From Prevotella sp. (GTDB lineage: Bacteria > Bacteroidota > Bacteroidia > Bacteroidales > Bacteroidaceae), in the NCBI GenBank assembly GCA_017449025.1, contig JAFSKJ010000097.1, forward strand, positions 163-64,162: 64,000 bases of DNA, read 5' to 3'. A program made the translations under genes and the position numbers. The notes below the pieces were generated by a model. That model searched no databases. It was not told the origin of the DNA and was given only the letters and a program-made list of their open reading frames with translations. Positions 51,501-59,700 of the stretch are shown here, in pieces (the first letter of the stretch is position 1; the number at the start of each line of letters is the position of its first letter).

Positions 51501-51817
51501 AAGGACAGCAGACCGACATACCGCAGATTACCTTCCAGGACCCCATGGGCAATTCGAGATTCAGCAACCGCTGGATTGAGGACGGCTCCTACCTGCGCCT
51601 GAAGACTGTCACGCTGAGCTACGACCTGCCCCTGCAGTCGGAGTACATCCAGGGCTTGCAGTTCTGGATCCAGGCCAACAACGTGTTCACGCTCACCCGC
51701 TACCTTGGTGCTGATCCTGAGTTCACCATGACCTCCGACGTCATCGGACAGGGTATCGACCTGGGCCAGCTTTCCCAGAGCCGCTCATTCGTGGCCGGAG
51801 TGAAAATCAACCTCTAA
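48575..51817 (+). CDS. susC: SusC/RagA TonB-dependent transporter (cassette B, second)
   Basis: PLVVVDGV, NGTALYGAKGANGVILIQTRR, IQWETT, C-terminal GVKINL; paralog of 8345..11539. Confidence 0.95.
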   Translation: MKRYIIFGLTLLMAFPISVSAQDDDMEEEAEVAVRVIKKKQKQYDTRAVSGRVTNAATGQPIAGAIVSSDEISGYSVLTEDDGTYELKVPLFVTSLFITSPDFNPVRLGLKADEKQREVRLYPATFTAEYTQQTNVRGDREATDFKFTNSVNIKDEVQKQLGAEVYTVTRNGTPGVGSVMFIQGLNSLNVNAQPLVVVDGVIIDQQYGRTLLHEGFFNDILSSINPADIEKVTVMRNGTALYGAKGANGVILIQTRRNKSMATRITASVSAGVTLEPKFLSVMNAEQYRSYASELLKSTNTSIRTFKFLNEDPTYYYYTQYHQDTDWKDLVYHTAMTQNYGINIEGGDAIANYNLSVGYVNQQSTLKYNGMGRLNIRFNTDISLTKRMDIRFDASFANTTRNIRNDGAPESYDEGTPTAPGFLAYVKSPFLSPYTYGRGILSDSHFDIDEESYLTEALANYNGYNWQLGNPAAINEYGDAENKNRFENSMLNLTVTPKFRFNSNLALSEHFSYNLVNTNEMFYIPINGTPSYYVSSIGDYRDNEVRSMASKQNSVMSDTRLEWENRYDAHNIAVFGGARINWETYSFTSQLGYNTGNDKTPFMSSSLLNTNDDGTSDSWNSLAWYAQANYNYMGRYYLQANLTAEGSSRFGRDGGNLRLFDAAWGIFPGVQASWVITNEPWMAKVKSIDYLRLTAGFDVSGNDDIDYYAARSYFRSTMFLHAISGLTFAGIGNTKIQWETTRRFNIGLESNMLDNRLGIRFNYFRSNTNNLLTRQSLGFLSGLEENWSNGGKLRNEGFDVTATVKVIAQKDLQWQLGASVGHYKNRITELPDGADHQDYSVYGSTIRTQVGQAANLFYGYKDLGVFATNAEAEAAALYVLDDNGITRNYFGAGDIHFADLNGDHQITEADRTIIGDPNPDIYGNIFTTAAYKRLKLDVRFNYSLGNDVYNYQRSQLEGGSRFMNQTTALNRRWQVEGQQTDIPQITFQDPMGNSRFSNRWIEDGSYLRLKTVTLSYDLPLQSEYIQGLQFWIQANNVFTLTRYLGADPEFTMTSDVIGQGIDLGQLSQSRSFVAGVKINL

Positions 51818-52007
51818 AAGCCTACCCAAGCCCTCCCAAAGGGAGGGGTGTGGGATAGATATTAAAGCTTGATATATAAACATTATAAAGGATATGGAAA
51901 TGCAAACAATAAAACATAGGATTACTTCGCATATTTTGGGGCTTGCTGGCTTATTAACATCCCTCCCTCTGGGAGGGCTTGGGTTGGCCCTCACCTCCTG
52001 CTCCGAC
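51815..52007 (+). repeat. Second copy of the 193-bp junction/signal-peptide module
   Basis: 91% identical, in inverted orientation, to 8155-8347. Confidence 0.9.
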
Positions 52008-53768
52008 TTCTTCGACCAGGAGTCTGAGCACGTTGTCTTTACCGACAGTGAGCACCTGAACAATGCCACAGACTCCATATATTCCGTAACAGGAATTCTC
52101 TACAAGCTGCAGGTACTGGCCGACCGCACCGTGGTGCTCGGAGAGGCCCGCGGCGACCTGGTCGACGTTACCAACGTGGCCAGCAAGGACCTGCGCGACG
52201 TTGCCATGTTCAACGTCGACGAGGACAACATGTACAACCAACCCGGCGACTACTATGCTGTCATCAACAACTGCAACTACTTTATCGCCCACGCCGACAC
52301 GGCGCTGAAGAACAACCGAAACGAGTATATCTTCATGCGTGAGTATGCCGCCGTCAAGGCCATACGTGCCTGGACTTACCTGCAGTTGGTGCTCAACTAC
52401 GGGCGCGTGCCCTTCGTCACCGAGCCGGTGCTCACCAAGGTACAGTCGGAGGCGCAGTACCCGTCATACGACCTACAGGCCGTATGCGAGTTCTTCATCA
52501 GCGACCTGCTGCCGCTGGCTGAGCGCTACGGCACTGAGTATCCGCGCTACGGCACCATACGTAGCAACGATTCGCGCCTGCTATGGTTCCCCATCAACGT
52601 GGTTCTGGGCGACCTCTACCTGTGGGCAGGAAGCGTGTCGGGTAACACTGCTTACTACCGCGAAGCCGCTCTCCGATACTACAAGTTCCTCAACGAGCGC
52701 AACGGCATGAACTCGGCATATCCCACCACGTTGTCATTCTACACCTGGAAGCCGGGAGACACCACATGGAAAACCTTCCACCCCGACAGCCGCATGGACT
52801 TCGGCACAAGCGAGAGCTATGGCACTGAGAGTGAGCTTATCACCATGATACCCTCCGACTCAATACGCGCCGAAGGTAACTATTGCGAGGTGCGCGACCT
52901 GTTCTACTCTCGCCGCGAAAACAACTACAAGGTAAGCCTCGTGCCCTCTGCCAACATGTTCGACATCTCGGAGTCGCAGGTACACTGCTGCGTAAGTAAC
53001 AATGGTACGGTGGCATACGACGCCCCGCAGGGACTGGACAACTACAAGTCGGGAGACCTACGCCTGTACTACACCTACAGCGAGGGCTACACCATCGACC
53101 GCCTCACCAAGGAGCGCATAGAGACGCAGTACATCAGCAAGTGGAGCACGCGCAACGGCAATGTGCACATCTACCGTCGGATGATGGTCTACCTGCGCAT
53201 GGCCGAGGCTCTCAACATGGCTGGCTATCCCCGAATGGCTTTCCAGATTCTCTCTCAGGGCATCAACAACGATGTGGTGAAGGAGGAGGTGTATCCCTAC
53301 TACTCGCAGAGCGACTCCATCTTCATCAGCCAGCTCGACTTCCCCTCTTCGCGCTACGGCATCTACACCGTAGAGCACTTCACCACCACCGGACGCCGTC
53401 CTGCCAACGTCAACACCATGGGTATCCACTCCCGCGGTTCTGGCTGGACGCCCATGAATGAGTCTTATCGACTGCCTGAGGACTCGCTGATGTCGGCTCA
53501 GGATCTTGCTGCCTTGCAGCAGCAGTACGTAAGTGAGCTGCTACTCACCGAGGAGGCTTTGGAGCTGGCCTTCGAGGGCACACGCTTCTACGACATCATG
53601 CGCTTTGCCCTGCGCAGCAACAACCCCGGACAGTTCCTTGCCGACCGCATAGCCAAGCGCCGCGGTGCCGACAAGGCCACGGAGATGGCTGGAGAGATCA
53701 AGAAGAACCTTGCCGACCCCAACAACTGGTATCTGCAGTGGAAGGGTAAGATAGGCATCAACAACTGA
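51894..53768 (+). CDS. susD: SusD/RagB family lipoprotein (cassette B, second pair)
   Basis: Lipobox LTSCSD; YYAVINNCNYFI, RAWTYLQL, EEALELAFEGTRFYDIMR; paralog of 6523..8268. Confidence 0.93.
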   Translation: MEMQTIKHRITSHILGLAGLLTSLPLGGLGLALTSCSDFFDQESEHVVFTDSEHLNNATDSIYSVTGILYKLQVLADRTVVLGEARGDLVDVTNVASKDLRDVAMFNVDEDNMYNQPGDYYAVINNCNYFIAHADTALKNNRNEYIFMREYAAVKAIRAWTYLQLVLNYGRVPFVTEPVLTKVQSEAQYPSYDLQAVCEFFISDLLPLAERYGTEYPRYGTIRSNDSRLLWFPINVVLGDLYLWAGSVSGNTAYYREAALRYYKFLNERNGMNSAYPTTLSFYTWKPGDTTWKTFHPDSRMDFGTSESYGTESELITMIPSDSIRAEGNYCEVRDLFYSRRENNYKVSLVPSANMFDISESQVHCCVSNNGTVAYDAPQGLDNYKSGDLRLYYTYSEGYTIDRLTKERIETQYISKWSTRNGNVHIYRRMMVYLRMAEALNMAGYPRMAFQILSQGINNDVVKEEVYPYYSQSDSIFISQLDFPSSRYGIYTVEHFTTTGRRPANVNTMGIHSRGSGWTPMNESYRLPEDSLMSAQDLAALQQQYVSELLLTEEALELAFEGTRFYDIMRFALRSNNPGQFLADRIAKRRGADKATEMAGEIKKNLADPNNWYLQWKGKIGINN

Positions 53769-53786
53769 CAGCTCTCAGCAACACAA

Positions 53787-53832
53787 CCGAAAAGCGGGCT
53801 TGCGCAAACGCGCAAGCCCGCTTTTCGGCTTA
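53787..53832 (+). terminator. Rho-independent terminator of cassette B
   Basis: CCGAAAAGCGGGCTTGCGC-aaac-GCGCAAGCCCGCTTTTCGG. Confidence 0.8.
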
Positions 53833-53878
53833 GATTACCATGCGCAGTTTAAATGCCCCAGAGGTGAAAGATACCACG

Positions 53879-53909
53879 CCCTATCTGACGCCTCTGGCAT
53901 CGTCTTCCT
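53879..53909 (+). repeat. 31-bp repeat, copy of 28371-28401
   Basis: 30/31 identical; here it is part of an ATGCC..AGAGG/CCTCTGGCAT hairpin. Confidence 0.8.
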
Positions 53910-54002
53910 ATAGGTATGTACAAAGAATATCGAGGTAAATCATGTTGAACGCCCGAATTCAGAAAAGTTGTATTAGTTGTTTAGGTTGTCGTCTTTTATG
54001 CA

Positions 54003-54207
54003 CTTTGAATTCTCGAGAGAATTCAAAGCTAAAGTGGCACTTATCTGAGCTAAAGTGCCACTTTACGACGCTAAAGTGCCACTTTACGGAAATCCAATCT
54101 GAGTGTGTAAAGTCCATTGTCAGACCTGTCACCCTTCTGTCACCCTCTGTCACCCTCAAACAGGGTGCAAACGCTTTGTGGCAGGGCATTCTGTCACCCT
54201 GACACCC
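54003..54207. repeat. 21-bp-period TAAAGTG(G/C)CACTTTA palindrome array plus CTGTCACCC repeats
   Basis: Units start at 54030, 54051 and 54072, preceded by the palindrome CTTTGAATTCTC-ga-GAGAATTCAAAG; four CTGTCACCC copies between about 54127 and 54200. Confidence 0.7.
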
Positions 54208-54290
54208 TATTTTACAAAAAATTGTAATATATCCTTTGGTCTGTGTCGGTCACTACCACTATTTACAATGCAACGGAAATCATAATTCAT

Positions 54291-54392
54291 AATGATTATC
54301 CGCTATCGTACCACCAAAGCCCCAAAGGGGCACCCCTGCCTATAGTCTTATCAGCCCTTCGGGCTTTGGTGGTATCTTTGCGGATAATCATT
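54291..54392. repeat. Long REP-like inverted repeat
   Basis: AATGATTATCCGC..TACCACCAAAGCCC / GGGCTTTGGTGGTA..GCGGATAATCATT. Confidence 0.7.
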
Positions 54393-54544
54393 TAATTCAT
54401 TGTACCGACAAACCTTTTGCACTGAGCTACGGTTAAAAAAAGAGACGCTGAAAGCGTCTTCGCTCAATGCCGGGGGGTGCTTTGCACCGCCCGACATTGA
54501 GAGGTTACCGCTTTGCGGTCATACTGCAGTTCAACCGTAGGTAG

Positions 54545-54580
54545 AAAAATTGCGGCTTGCGCAGTGTTGCTCAAGCCGCT
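54545..54580 (-). terminator. Terminator of 54605..56212
   Basis: GCGGCTTG(C)GCA-gtgt-TGC(T)CAAGCCGC next to an A-run. Confidence 0.65.
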
Positions 54581-54604
54581 GATTATGTTTCAATGTGAAT
54601 GTGC

Positions 54605-56212
54605 TTAGAACACAACCTTCTTGCCGTTGACAATGTAGACGCCCTTGGCGGCATTGCTTACGCGGCGGCCCTGAAGGTCGAAGATGTCATTGGTGCTCTC
54701 TGTGCTCTCGATGGCCTTGATGCCGGTGGCGGTCTTCTCCTTCAGAAGGATGTAATAAACCTTACCGGTAGCCGAACCACTCCAAGGAATCTTGATGGCG
54801 TTAAGATGAGCGTATGAAGCGAACTCGTCGGCAGTAAGGTCGACGGTTACAATGTTGTCGTCACCAACGGTAAGGGCTTTTTCAATGTATGCACCACCGT
54901 TTGGATCTTTAATTCCTCCAGCATCATCCAATTCCGGCTCTGTACGGTTAAACATTAAGCGGATAATCATGCCCTTGTCGGCAACCACTGCTATCTCACT
55001 GTAGTTGCTCAGGTCAGCATACTGCAGATAGTGAGCAGAAGACTGTCCATAGACCATAGCACCGTTGCCAATAGAAGTCTCAAGGTTGAGCTCGCAGTCT
55101 AAGGTACCTTCCGACTCTGCGCCAGCATTATAGTCCGTCCAACTCTGGTACATATCTTGAGTGAGGTCAGAATCATAGCCGTCAGGCCTGTCGGGAACTA
55201 CAATTACAGGTGCAGAGCCGCTATTCTTAAGCAGCAGGTACCATACGTATCCCTTGTTGTTGTTGTCCCAAGGCAGACGGATATTGTTAAGGTTCTGTGC
55301 ATCCCACTGGGTGAGGTCAAGTGTGTACATGCCATCGCTGTCGAGAGTGGCGTCAACCCATACGTAGTCGTTGGCATCGTCGTTCTCGTAGTCGCTAAGG
55401 TTCTCCTTGACATCAACATTGTGGTTGAGGTTGAAGACAATCTTAAGGCCGGGAGTACCAACCACAGTCAGTGAGGAATATGCAGAGAGATCCACAAAGG
55501 CGTCCTTGTTCTTCTGGCCGTAAATAACATCGCCATTGCCGATTTTCTTCTCCAGATTGTAGGCACCATTAGGGAACATATCCTGAGTGAGGTCAGCATC
55601 GTAGCCGTCGGGCTTGGCGGGCTTCTGCTCTTCTTCCTCTCCGGTAATGTTGGGCTTCACGTCGCCGGGGCCATAGGTTTCCATATACATGTCATAGATA
55701 ACTACCTCACCATTATCGTTTAATCCGGAAAGACAAACCTCAGTGCACTTTAGGATGTAATCTGACCAGTCTGTCTTATCTGGATTATAAATGGTCTCGT
55801 AAATGGGGATTTCAACAAGGTATCCATTACCTGTTGCGCTCGTAGAAGCTACTTTGTCTGTGAATCCACCGTCGCGATAGGCACCATCTGCGTTGATGTA
55901 CACTGCGAAGTTGGAACTGCCACTATAGAAAAGGACGCGGAATCGGTCACCATCATTGAAAGAGAATTCAACGCCCACAGTCTTGTAATCAGAGATATCG
56001 CCATTGGGAAGGCCGATGTTCCTGATCTGATTGTAATAGCCCGCATTCCACTTGAAAGAACCCAAAGACGAAGCGTCTGAAGCTGAAGTCCATGTAGCAT
56101 TCGTGTTTGAAGCTGCAGAAAAATCTGCTTGGGCTCTTGTCTGCGCACTCGCACTTGCTGCGCTTGCCACTAACAGAGCGGCAGCAAACATTAATTTAGT
56201 AAAACTTTTCAT
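54605..56212 (-). CDS. Secreted T9SS-tailed protein of unknown function with two internal repeats
   Basis: Signal peptide; repeats starting KPDGYDADLTQDMF and RPDGYDSDLTQDMY, each ending LN.I..PW..G.V.Y; tail FDLQGRRVSNAAKGVYIVNGKKVVF. Confidence 0.82.
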   Translation of the reverse strand: MKSFTKLMFAAALLVASAASASAQTRAQADFSAASNTNATWTSASDASSLGSFKWNAGYYNQIRNIGLPNGDISDYKTVGVEFSFNDGDRFRVLFYSGSSNFAVYINADGAYRDGGFTDKVASTSATGNGYLVEIPIYETIYNPDKTDWSDYILKCTEVCLSGLNDNGEVVIYDMYMETYGPGDVKPNITGEEEEQKPAKPDGYDADLTQDMFPNGAYNLEKKIGNGDVIYGQKNKDAFVDLSAYSSLTVVGTPGLKIVFNLNHNVDVKENLSDYENDDANDYVWVDATLDSDGMYTLDLTQWDAQNLNNIRLPWDNNNKGYVWYLLLKNSGSAPVIVVPDRPDGYDSDLTQDMYQSWTDYNAGAESEGTLDCELNLETSIGNGAMVYGQSSAHYLQYADLSNYSEIAVVADKGMIIRLMFNRTEPELDDAGGIKDPNGGAYIEKALTVGDDNIVTVDLTADEFASYAHLNAIKIPWSGSATGKVYYILLKEKTATGIKAIESTESTNDIFDLQGRRVSNAAKGVYIVNGKKVVF

Positions 56213-56296
56213 GTTGTAATTTGATTAGTGAATGAATTATGTTATGATAAAAGTTGTTGCTCAGATACGTTGGTTGCCCATAATGTATATGACGGG

Positions 56297-56364
56297 TGCA
56301 AAGTTAAGGATAATGGCTTAAAGGGCTTTTCTCGAATGTTTCACAAACGTTATCTTACGTATCA
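56297..56364 (-). promoter_or_regulatory. sigmaA -7 box with HTCS-type operator
   Basis: TAACTTTG (56306-56299); half-sites TGATACGTA (56364-56356) and TGAAACATT (56343-56335). Confidence 0.65.
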
Positions 56365-56390
56365 AGGTGGGAGAAATAGTGAAATGTTGG

Positions 56391-56575
56391 GAAAACAAAT
56401 GTGGCGCGTATCACTACGCGCCACATTTATTTAATAATCAAAATCATTACTTAATAAATTTAAAACCAATTGTTCTCAATAGAAATCATTTACAAATGTC
56501 TAACCTTATTACTCTTTGTGTTCTTGTACCTTACGTACATTAATATATATATAGAATGCCCTTCGCTGGATTGAC
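56391..56575 (-). ncRNA. Candidate small RNA 2 (~185 nt)
   Basis: Own TACCTTTG box (56588-56581); perfect 14-bp terminator stem AAATGTGGCGCGTA-GTGA-TACGCGCCACATTT with U-rich tail; AU-rich body without a credible ORF. Confidence 0.6.
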
Positions 56576-56579
56576 GGCT

Positions 56580-56646
56580 GCAAAGGTACGGCAAAAGCGC
56601 GAAAAGGCAAAGGGTTTTTGTTGCAAATACCATGAGAAATGTATCA
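56580..56646 (-). promoter_or_regulatory. sRNA2 promoter with HTCS-type operator
   Basis: Half-sites TGATACATT (56646-56638) and TGCAACAAA (56625-56617) at the conserved offset. Confidence 0.6.
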
Positions 56647-56665
56647 ACCCAGAAAATAACACAAA

Positions 56666-56725
56666 AAAAGCCCCTCCCTTGGGGAGGGGTTGGGGTGGGC
56701 TTCTTGGGTAGTGGTTGGGCTTTTT
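56666..56725. repeat. REP-like CCCCTCCCTTGGGGAGGGG element / hairpin downstream of HTCS-B
   Basis: aaagcccctcccttggggaggggttggggtgggctt; same family as the arms of the 193-bp module and 1653-1685. Confidence 0.6.
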
Positions 56726-56730
56726 AGGCT

Positions 56731-59700
56731 TCAACTGTGGCTGTCGGCATATTCGGTGGGCGTCTGTCCGAAGTGCGCCTTGAAAGCAGTGGCGAAATGC
56801 GCCTGGTCGGCATAGCCTACGCGGTCGGCAATCTGCGACACGTTGACGCCACCCTCGCGGAGCAGCCGGGCGGCCTGCTCCATGCGTAGGTTTCGCAGGA
56901 ACTTGCCTGTGGAGATGCCGGTAATCTCCTTCATCTTGCGGTGGAGCTGTGCGCGGCTTATGCCTACGTCGGATGCCAGCGTGTCGATGGTGTACTCGGG
57001 GTTGGAGATGTTGGCGTTTATCGAGCGCATGATGCGGTCCATGAGCTGCTCGTCGTTGCCCTTCATCTCTATTTTCTCCACCCTGTCCTCTTGCTTGACG
57101 GCTCCGCTGAACTTGCCCCTCAGCCTGCGCACGTTGTCGATGAGGTTGTCTATCTGTATGTGCAGCTCTTCCATGTTGAAGGGCTTGGCCAAATAGGCGT
57201 CGGCTCCCGACTTCAGGCCTTCCAGCTTGTGCTCTACGGCGGCCTTCGAGGTAAGCATGATGACAGGCAACTGCGAGATGTTCGGGTTGTCCTTGATGCG
57301 CTTGAGCAATGTGAGTCCGTCCATCTCGGGCATCATCACATCGCTGATGACGAGGTCGTAGGGCTGCAATTTGGGGTTTGTGGAGTCTTCGCTTTGCATG
57401 AGCAGCATCTTCAGGGCTTCCTTGCCGTTGGGGGCATGGTCGAACCTGTATCGGTTTCCCAGCTCACTGATTATGTAGTTGGCTATCTCGCTGTCGTCGT
57501 CGGCAATGAGAATGTGGTACTGCCTGAACGACTTGCTGCCGCCGCCCCCCTGCGAGAGCACCTCGCGTGCCGGGCTGTCGGTGACTATCTGCTCGGGCTT
57601 AAGATGCGAATTGCCTTTGGGAATGCTGACGGTGAAGCATGCGCCGCTGACACCGTCGGAACGGTTCTCGGCCTTTATCCTGCCCTTGTGCATGGTGGTG
57701 ATGGTCTGGCTCAGGTTAAGTCCAATGCCAGTGCCCTGCATGCCCATGTCGTCGGCATTGCGACCCCGGAAGAAGCGGTCGAAGAGGTGGTTCAGGTCTT
57801 CGCTCTTGAAGCCTACGCCGCTGTCCACCACCTGTATTTCCACGTCGTTCTCTGTCTCGCGCAGTGTCACCTTCACCTCTCCGCCGTCGAAGGTGTACTT
57901 GAAGGCGTTGGAGAGCAGGTTCGACACCACCTTGTCGAAGTTAATGCGGTCTATCCAGGCCATCACGTGGTCCTTGTCGTGCTCGAAGGTGAATGTTATG
58001 TTTCGCTGTGTGGCGTTGAACTGGTAGAGGCGGCAGATGCCGCTGAGAAATTCCACCATGTTGGTCTCACGGCAATGCAGCAGCATCTGCTTCTTGTCTA
58101 TGCGCCGCTCGTCGAGTATCTGGTTCACAAGCAGCAGCAGTCTTTGCGCGTTGCGGTCGATGGTGTCGACAGCCTCCTGCTGAGAGTGCTCGCTTGCCTC
58201 TGCCGTATTTCTCAGCTTTTTCACGGCCCCCATGATGAGTGTCAGCGGCGAGCGTATGTCGTGGGTGGCGTTGATGAGGAACTTCATCTTCTCCTCGTCC
58301 AGCTGCTGGTTGGCGCGGCGGCGCCACAGGTAGGCGGCTATTGCCAGCAGGGCAAGGAAGGCCAGAGCATAGACCACGTAGGCAATGGTGGAGCTGTACC
58401 ACGGCGGCGTCACCTCAACGGTGATGGTTTTCACACTGGAGTAGATGCCTGCCGAGAGTGCGCGCACCTCTATGCGGTAGGTGCCGGGGTGCAGGTGGCT
58501 CAGCTGTATGGTGTTCTGCCCTTCGGGGTTCTGTCGCCAGTCGTCGTTGTTGATGCGGTATTCGAAGATGATGTTTCCGGCATCGTTGAAGTCGAGCAGT
58601 GAGAATTCGAGCGACACGGTGTTGTCAAGATACGACACTCGGAACTTGTCGCTGCCTATTGTCGGTCCGTCGGCGACTGCCGAGCCGTTGCTCAGCGTGA
58701 GACTGTTGACAGCCTTGCCGGCAATGAGGAAGTCGGTGAGCTTGACGTCGGGCAGGCGGGAGTGGCTGCCGGTGACTTCGGCGGGGCGGAAGACGGTGAG
58801 GCCGTCGTTGTGGGCAAAGCCCACAAGGTCGTCGGCAGTTTGCATGCCCACGCCTGGCACGTACTCCTTGGCTGTGAGTCCGTTGCCGTTGACGTGGCTT
58901 ATGAAGCGCTGGTGCTTCTTGTCGTACTGCCAGATGCCCATCGACGTGGCGCACCAGATGTCGCCGTTGTCGGCCTCAACTATATAGGCTATTGACTTGT
59001 CGGCAATGGCTCCGTCGCTGCTGAACGGCTCGGCCTGCTGCTGCCCGTTGCTGTATCGGTAGAGTCCCTGGTCGGTGCCTATGAGTATGTCGCCTTGGCG
59101 GGTCTCGCAGAGCGAGAAGCATATCATGCCCTCCATCAGGTAGTCGCTGCCTAATGTGCGGAAGCTGCCGCTTGCAGTGTCGTAGCACGACACGCCAGCC
59201 GACGTGGCCAACCACAGGCGCTTCTTGCTGTCGAGCATCATGTCGAGCACCCAGTTGTTGACAAGGCTGCCCTTATCGGTAGGCGCGTCGGTGGAGAGGA
59301 AGTTCTTCATGGAGCGGGTCTCGGTGTTGTAGGCGCAGAATCCGCGTGAGTAGGTGGAGATGTAGAGGGTGCCCTGCCCGTCGTCTACCATGTCGTTGAT
59401 TTTGTCGGAGACAAACTGCACGTGGTGCTGCCACTGCCCGTTCAGCGGGTTGTAGGCATAGAGAGCCTCGTCGGAGCCTATCCAGTAGTTGCCGCGGCGG
59501 TCGCGGTAGATGAAGTCGGAACTTGGCGGAGCAGCGGGATGCGCCACTATGCGCCCGTCGCTGCCGAAGCCGTAGACGCCGTTGCCCTGCACCACGCACC
59601 ATGTAATCCCGTTGTCGCCCTGACAAACGGAGGTGAGCGTGGAGCTGATGTAGTGGTGGTTGGCAGAGAAGCTCCACGCCGAGAACTGTGGCTGGTGGCG

